A stretch of 64,000 nt of DNA from an uncultured Candidatus Rokubacteria bacterium. GTDB lineage: Bacteria; Methylomirabilota; Methylomirabilia; Rokubacteriales; DASRDR01. Numbering within the stretch: the stretch's first letter is position 1; every line of letters starts with the position of its first letter. The notes under the pieces are model-generated. The model was not told the DNA's origin. It saw only the letters and a program-made list of their open reading frames with translations, and made no database searches. Location: the NCBI GenBank assembly GCA_963805625.1, contig CAWDVE010000016.1, positions 224,001 to 288,000 on the forward strand. The letters run 5' to 3'. Of the stretch, positions 59,633-64,000 are shown piece after piece. A program made the translations under genes and the position numbers.

Positions 59633-60297
59633 CGCCAACCGACATGCCCGGAGCAGGTGTCCCCGGACGCGTCGTCGACGACCGGATCGTCCCGGCTGGC
59701 GGCGAGTGGTCAGGCGTCGTGCCCGCGGGGCAGGTCCTCCGGATCGTGGATCTCGAGGGCCGTCAGGCGGTGGACTTTCTCTGCTACAGCGCCGCCGATC
59801 CGAGCGAGCGGTACAACGCCGCCGACACGATGAAGTTCGCGGGGACCATTTTCCTGACGACGGGCCACGGTCTCTACTCGGGGCTGGGGCGGCGCCTCTT
59901 CACCATCGTCGCCGACACCTGCGGTCGCCACGACACGATCGGCGGCTGCTGCAGTTCCGAGTCCAACCGCCTCCGCTACGGCGTCGAGGGGACGCCAAAC
60001 TGCCGGGACAACTTCCTCCGGGCCCTCGCGCGGTTCGGGCTGGGCCGGAAGGACGTCGTCGCCAACCTGAACTTCTTCATGAACGTCCCGGTCATGGGCG
60101 ACGGCGCGATGGCGATCGTCGACGGATGGTCGAAGCCGGGCGACCACGTGGACCTCCGGGCGGAGATGGACGTACTGGCCGCCGTGTCCAACTGCCCGCA
60201 GATCTACAATCCGTGCAACGGCGGGCGGCCGACCCCGATCCGGCTGGTGACCTACGAGCCGGCCGTCACGCCCGCGGGAACCCCGGCGTCTTCTTGA
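59629..60297 (+). CDS. DUF1989 urea carboxylase-associated protein (CgdB-like)
   Basis: D.EG.QAVD, HDTIGGCC..ESN..RYG, NC.DN, NFFMNVPV, SNCPQ..NPCN. Confidence 0.88.
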   Translation: MTPTDMPGAGVPGRVVDDRIVPAGGEWSGVVPAGQVLRIVDLEGRQAVDFLCYSAADPSERYNAADTMKFAGTIFLTTGHGLYSGLGRRLFTIVADTCGRHDTIGGCCSSESNRLRYGVEGTPNCRDNFLRALARFGLGRKDVVANLNFFMNVPVMGDGAMAIVDGWSKPGDHVDLRAEMDVLAAVSNCPQIYNPCNGGRPTPIRLVTYEPAVTPAGTPASS

Positions 60298-60805
60298 TCC
60301 GCCGGATCTGCTCGAGGTGGTCGCGATCGTGATGGGCCTGGAGCATCCACCACTGGCCAAGGTCCATCTCGCCGAGCGTGAAGTGGCGCCACGTGAACGA
60401 GCGAGGGTCGACGGCCGCCAGCCGCTCGAGCGACTGACGGCTCCGCTCGCGGGCGGCCCGCATGTCGTGGAGGAGCTGCCCGATCGGGTGGCCCTTCTCG
60501 GGGCGAACGACGGGCGGCGCCTCGCGGGGGCCCGGCGGCCAGGCGGGCACGGGGGCGAACCCGGTGAGATCGGGCGGGTAGAGCGCGACCGCGCTGCCCG
60601 TCTCCTTGAGGAGCTTCGAGGTGAGCTTGCCGGTGTTGATCTCGGCGAGCGTGAGGTGGTGGAGGATCTCGCCCACCGACCAGTCGTCAGCGGTCGGGCG
60701 CCAGTCCGCCTGGGCCTGCGAGAGGCCATCCGCCTCGCGGTGGACCTCCGCGCGCACGGCGTCGAGATCGCGGGCGAGGGCGTCGAGGGCGGCGGGCAGC
60801 GTCAT
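60266..60805 (-). CDS. DinB family protein
   Basis: WSVGEILHHL, HHDRDHLEQI. Confidence 0.85.
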   Translation of the reverse strand: MTLPAALDALARDLDAVRAEVHREADGLSQAQADWRPTADDWSVGEILHHLTLAEINTGKLTSKLLKETGSAVALYPPDLTGFAPVPAWPPGPREAPPVVRPEKGHPIGQLLHDMRAARERSRQSLERLAAVDPRSFTWRHFTLGEMDLGQWWMLQAHHDRDHLEQIRRIKKTPGFPRA

Positions 60806-60911
60806 GGCCGTCTCCTCCGGGGCGGTGCATGGTGGCCGAGGGACCGCGCGTGCCGGCGCGGTCGTCGGGGCGGATTATAGCGCGGTCGCCACTCGATTGA
60901 AGGAGCGCGAC

Positions 60912-61811
60912 ATGACCACAGAGCTCAGGGGCGTCATCCCCATCACCGCCACGCCGTTCGACGCCGCCGGCCAGGTGGACGAGGCCAGCATCGCGACGCT
61001 GGTCGAGTTCGAGGCGCGCTGCGGCGTCCACGGATTGAACGTGCTGGGCATCATGGGCGAGGCCCACAAGCTGTCCGAGGGCGAGCGCCGCCGCGTGGCC
61101 GAGGTGTTCGTCAAGTGCGCCGCAGGCCGATTTCCGATCGTGGTGGGGACCTCGCACGGGGGAACGGCCGTGGTGATCGAGCTCTCCCAGGCGGCGGAGG
61201 CCGCGGGCGCCGCGGCCGTCATGGTAGCGCCGCCGATCGGGCTTCGCGGCGACGCCGCGATCCTCGCGCACTACCGGGCCGTGGCGGGCGCGATCGGGAT
61301 CCCCGTCGTCGTCCAGGACGAGCCGGTCACCACGGGCGTTCTCATGTCACCCGAGCTGCTCGTTTGCATCGCGACCGAGGTTCCCGCGTGCCGGTACGTG
61401 AAGCTCGAGGAGCCGCCGACGCCCACCAAGATCACCGCCATGCGGCGGCTCGCGGGCAGCGACGGCGTGCGGATCTTCGGCGGCATGAACGCGATGTACT
61501 TCTACGAGGAACTGTCGCGCGGCGCGGTCGGGATCATGACCGGGGTGGCGGTCCCCGACCTTCTCGTGCGGATCTACACGACGTTCGCGCGGGGCGACCG
61601 CGCCGGCGCGGCGGCGATCTTCGACCGCCACGCGTCCTACATCCGCTACGAGGGGCAGCAGGGGATCGGGCTCGCGCTCCGGAAGGAGGTCCTGCGCCTT
61701 CGCGGCGCCATCGCGGCCAGCGTGGTCCGCCAGCCCGGGCCGACCCTCGACGACGTGACGCGGCGGGAGCTCGGCGACATCCTCGCGCGTCTCGGGATCC
61801 TGGGGACGTAG
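60912..61811 (+). CDS. Dihydrodipicolinate synthase-like aldolase/lyase family
   Basis: TPF, G..GE...L...ER, YVKLE Schiff-base Lys; AAGGAG RBS. Confidence 0.88.
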   Translation: MTTELRGVIPITATPFDAAGQVDEASIATLVEFEARCGVHGLNVLGIMGEAHKLSEGERRRVAEVFVKCAAGRFPIVVGTSHGGTAVVIELSQAAEAAGAAAVMVAPPIGLRGDAAILAHYRAVAGAIGIPVVVQDEPVTTGVLMSPELLVCIATEVPACRYVKLEEPPTPTKITAMRRLAGSDGVRIFGGMNAMYFYEELSRGAVGIMTGVAVPDLLVRIYTTFARGDRAGAAAIFDRHASYIRYEGQQGIGLALRKEVLRLRGAIAASVVRQPGPTLDDVTRRELGDILARLGILGT

Positions 61812-61889
61812 CCCCCGACGCGCCGCCGGATCCCGTGCCTGCGGCGCCGCTGCGTTCTACCCGGCGAGCCCGGCGTCGACCGTGGTTCT

Positions 61890-62504
61890 TCAGAGTCCAA
61901 GGGGGAATCCTGCCAGGCTTCGTACCGTGATGGCTTCACCGAGATGCACCGCGTTGTGCCGGATGGCGGAGCCGGCGAGCTGCGCGGCCCGCGTATGACC
62001 CTGCCACGGCTTGTACCCCACGCCTTCCACCCACGCGGTGTTCGGCGCGAAGGCGCCAGCTGCGGCGGCGCGGGCCGTGTCGACCAGCCCCACGATGTCG
62101 TTCCAGGAGTCTGGCCGGAGCCCGGAGACGACATCCTGGGTCTGCCGTCCGACGGCGGACCGGTAGGCTCGCACGGCGTCGACGTCGGCGCGTCTGGTCA
62201 GCTCGGCGACCTCGCCGTCGGTCATCCCGGTGCCGATGGTGCCCGAAGGCACGTTCATGCGCCGGGTCCAGTCGTCGTCCAGGACCTGCCGGCCGTTCGC
62301 GACGACGAGATTGACGGCGGCGTCCTCGGTCCGCGCCATGTGCCACAAGAGCCAGACCAGCGAGTTGAGGCGGTCAGCTGGACGGGCCCGCATCTGCTCG
62401 TTGGTCACACCACCGAAGACCCGATCGGCGAACGATGCGCCACCACCGTCCTCGAACGAGTGCAGGTGACCGTGCTGCAGAAGAAAGAAACCCAGGGTGT
62501 CCAT
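61890..62504 (-). CDS. DinB family protein
   Basis: NSLVWLLWHMARTED, HNAVHLGE. Confidence 0.82.
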   Translation of the reverse strand: MDTLGFFLLQHGHLHSFEDGGGASFADRVFGGVTNEQMRARPADRLNSLVWLLWHMARTEDAAVNLVVANGRQVLDDDWTRRMNVPSGTIGTGMTDGEVAELTRRADVDAVRAYRSAVGRQTQDVVSGLRPDSWNDIVGLVDTARAAAAGAFAPNTAWVEGVGYKPWQGHTRAAQLAGSAIRHNAVHLGEAITVRSLAGFPLGL

Positions 62505-62572
62505 GCTGGTCCTCCGCCCGCCGGGCAGTCTCTGGGTCCGCGCGCGCCATCCCCGGGGCGTGATCTGGGTGG

Positions 62573-63019
62573 CTAGCGCCAGAGCGTCAGCGCAAGCAGG
62601 AGTGCGGCAAGGATCAGTGCCGCCAGACGCCAACGGGCTGTCACGCGCGAGGGCTCCTCACCCGGCTGGGCTCCTCGATCCTCGCATGGCGCGTAGAACT
62701 CGAGCTCCGTCGCATCGGTGCGCTTGCGGATCACGGTCCAGAGGGCCTGGTCGGGCGTGGGCTCGCCTGCGGCGCGCTCCAGCGAGACAGGCAGAGGGGT
62801 CTCGGGCGCGATCGTCAGGGAGAGCCGGCCGCCATGCGGCAGGGACTTGCCGTGGACGCCGTCACCGAACGAGATGACCGTGCCGCCTTCGTCGCTGACG
62901 CGAACCGTGAATACCCGGCTGCCCGGCCCGCAGTCGGCCAGCGTCGAGCGGAGCGACCATCGCTCGCCGTTTACCGTGAGGGTGACGGGCTTCTGGTCAC
63001 GCGATGCCATGGTCTCCAT
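62573..63019 (-). CDS. Small protein with CIS baseplate-like FGDG motif and C-terminal TM helix
   Basis: V.GE.W...L...GP..RVFTV.....G.T.I.FGDG..G; terminal LAALILAALLLALTLW. Confidence 0.6.
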   Translation of the reverse strand: METMASRDQKPVTLTVNGERWSLRSTLADCGPGSRVFTVRVSDEGGTVISFGDGVHGKSLPHGGRLSLTIAPETPLPVSLERAAGEPTPDQALWTVIRKRTDATELEFYAPCEDRGAQPGEEPSRVTARWRLAALILAALLLALTLWR

Positions 63020-63187
63020 CACAACTGGGTACCAGGCGGCCCCGGGTCAGCATAGTCGAGCCCGCTGGGGGCAGGCAATCGCCGCTCGGCCTCGGGGCAC
63101 GCCCGCGATTCCCGGGACGAGGCTCTGGCGGCGCCGGGAAGCACATGGACCATGGATTTATCTGTCTTGATGAGTGGTTGCGGAACG

Positions 63188-63216
63188 GGAACTGGATGAC
63201 GGCCAGGTCGGTCCAA
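63188..63216 (+). promoter_or_regulatory. Putative ECF-sigma (RpoE-type) autoregulatory promoter
   Basis: GGAACT-N17-GTCCAA followed by GGGAGG RBS and in-frame GTG 63235. Confidence 0.6.
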
Positions 63217-63234
63217 GGAAGTAGAGGGAGGCAC

Positions 63235-63855
63235 GTGTCAGCTTGTTCGGGTGTCGCCGTCTGCGCTAGGCTCGGGCCGTGGGTAGCGGCACCCGTGGCT
63301 GAGCCGGCGCCAGGCGACTCCGCGGAGTTCGTGAGCCGGCTCCGGGCGGGCGACCGCCGGGCGTTCGAGGAGCTCGTGCGAACCCAGCAGCACCGCGTCT
63401 ACGGGCTCGCCCTCCGCATGCTCGGGAACGCCGCCGAGGCCCAGGACGTCGCTCAGGAGGCGTTCCTCCGGGCTCACCGGGGGCTCGCCGAGTTCCGGGG
63501 TGACGCGCGGCTGTCCACCTGGCTCTACGCGATCGTCTCGCGGCTCTGTCTCAACCGGCTGGCCGGCAGCGAGCGCCGGCTCGCCCGCGACGGCGAGGAG
63601 ACGCTGGCGCGGCTGGCCGATGCCCGCCCGGGCCCGGACCTGGCACTCGAGCGGGGCGAGCTCGAGGAGGCACTCCACCGCGCGATCGGCGAGCTTGCCG
63701 AGGAGCGACGCATCGTCGTCGTGCTGCGGGACGTGGAGGGGCTCGCGTACGAAGAGATCGCCGAGGTGCTCGAGCTCCCCGTGGGGACCGTGCGCTCCAG
63801 GCTCCACCGCGCGCGGCTCGACCTCAAGGAAAAGCTGGAGCGGTTCTTCCCGTGA
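63235..63855 (+). CDS. ECF RNA polymerase sigma factor
   Basis: GD..AFE.LV, AQD..QEAF, STWLY.I, EEIAE.L..P.GTV.SRL.RAR; alternative start 63295. Confidence 0.93.
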   Translation: MSACSGVAVCARLGPWVAAPVAEPAPGDSAEFVSRLRAGDRRAFEELVRTQQHRVYGLALRMLGNAAEAQDVAQEAFLRAHRGLAEFRGDARLSTWLYAIVSRLCLNRLAGSERRLARDGEETLARLADARPGPDLALERGELEEALHRAIGELAEERRIVVVLRDVEGLAYEEIAEVLELPVGTVRSRLHRARLDLKEKLERFFP

Positions 63856-64000
63856 CGTGCCACGACGCCCGCACGCAGCTGTCCGCGCTCTTGGACGACG
63901 CGCTTTCGGCTCCCGAGCATCGGGCGCTGGAGGCTCATCTGGCCGAGTGCGCCGAGTGCCGCCGGGAGCTGGAAGAGCTCCGCGGGACGGTGACGCTCCT
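63852..64000 (+). CDS. zf-HC2 (ZAS) anti-sigma factor, partial
   Basis: Manual translation MTCHDARTQLSALLDDAL...EAHLAECAECRRELEEL (HxxxCxxC); GTGA overlap with sigma stop. Confidence 0.88.
   Translation, partial: MTCHDARTQLSALLDDALSAPEHRALEAHLAECAECRRELEELRGTVTL

Overview
High-GC (about 70%, estimated by eye) chromosomal segment from a diderm bacterium; Ca. Rokubacteria/Methylomirabilota is an unverified inference from gene content. The left 13 kb is a minus-strand surface-glycan operon: lptD, DegT aminotransferase, two GDP-sugar SDRs, wzm, wzt with C-terminal extension, a coiled-coil methyltransferase and four GT4 glycosyltransferases. The middle is accessory metabolism: acyl-CoA catabolism, a non-pyrrolysine MttB/corrinoid/homocysteine-methyltransferase module, an exported creatininase-fold plus beta-propeller pair, hydantoinase/oxoprolinase A/B, and ion transporters. 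It also holds several deletion scars that join gene 3' ends back to back. The right part is mostly housekeeping (htrA, mscS, galU, pncB-trpCFBA-accD-folC-DUF72-DUF1989). It ends in a small membrane-anchored protein with a contractile-injection-system baseplate-like motif and an ECF sigma/zf-HC2 anti-sigma pair. I saw no rRNA, tRNA, CRISPR array, IS or integrase. All calls come from manual motif recognition; no database searches were run, and start codons were chosen by eye.
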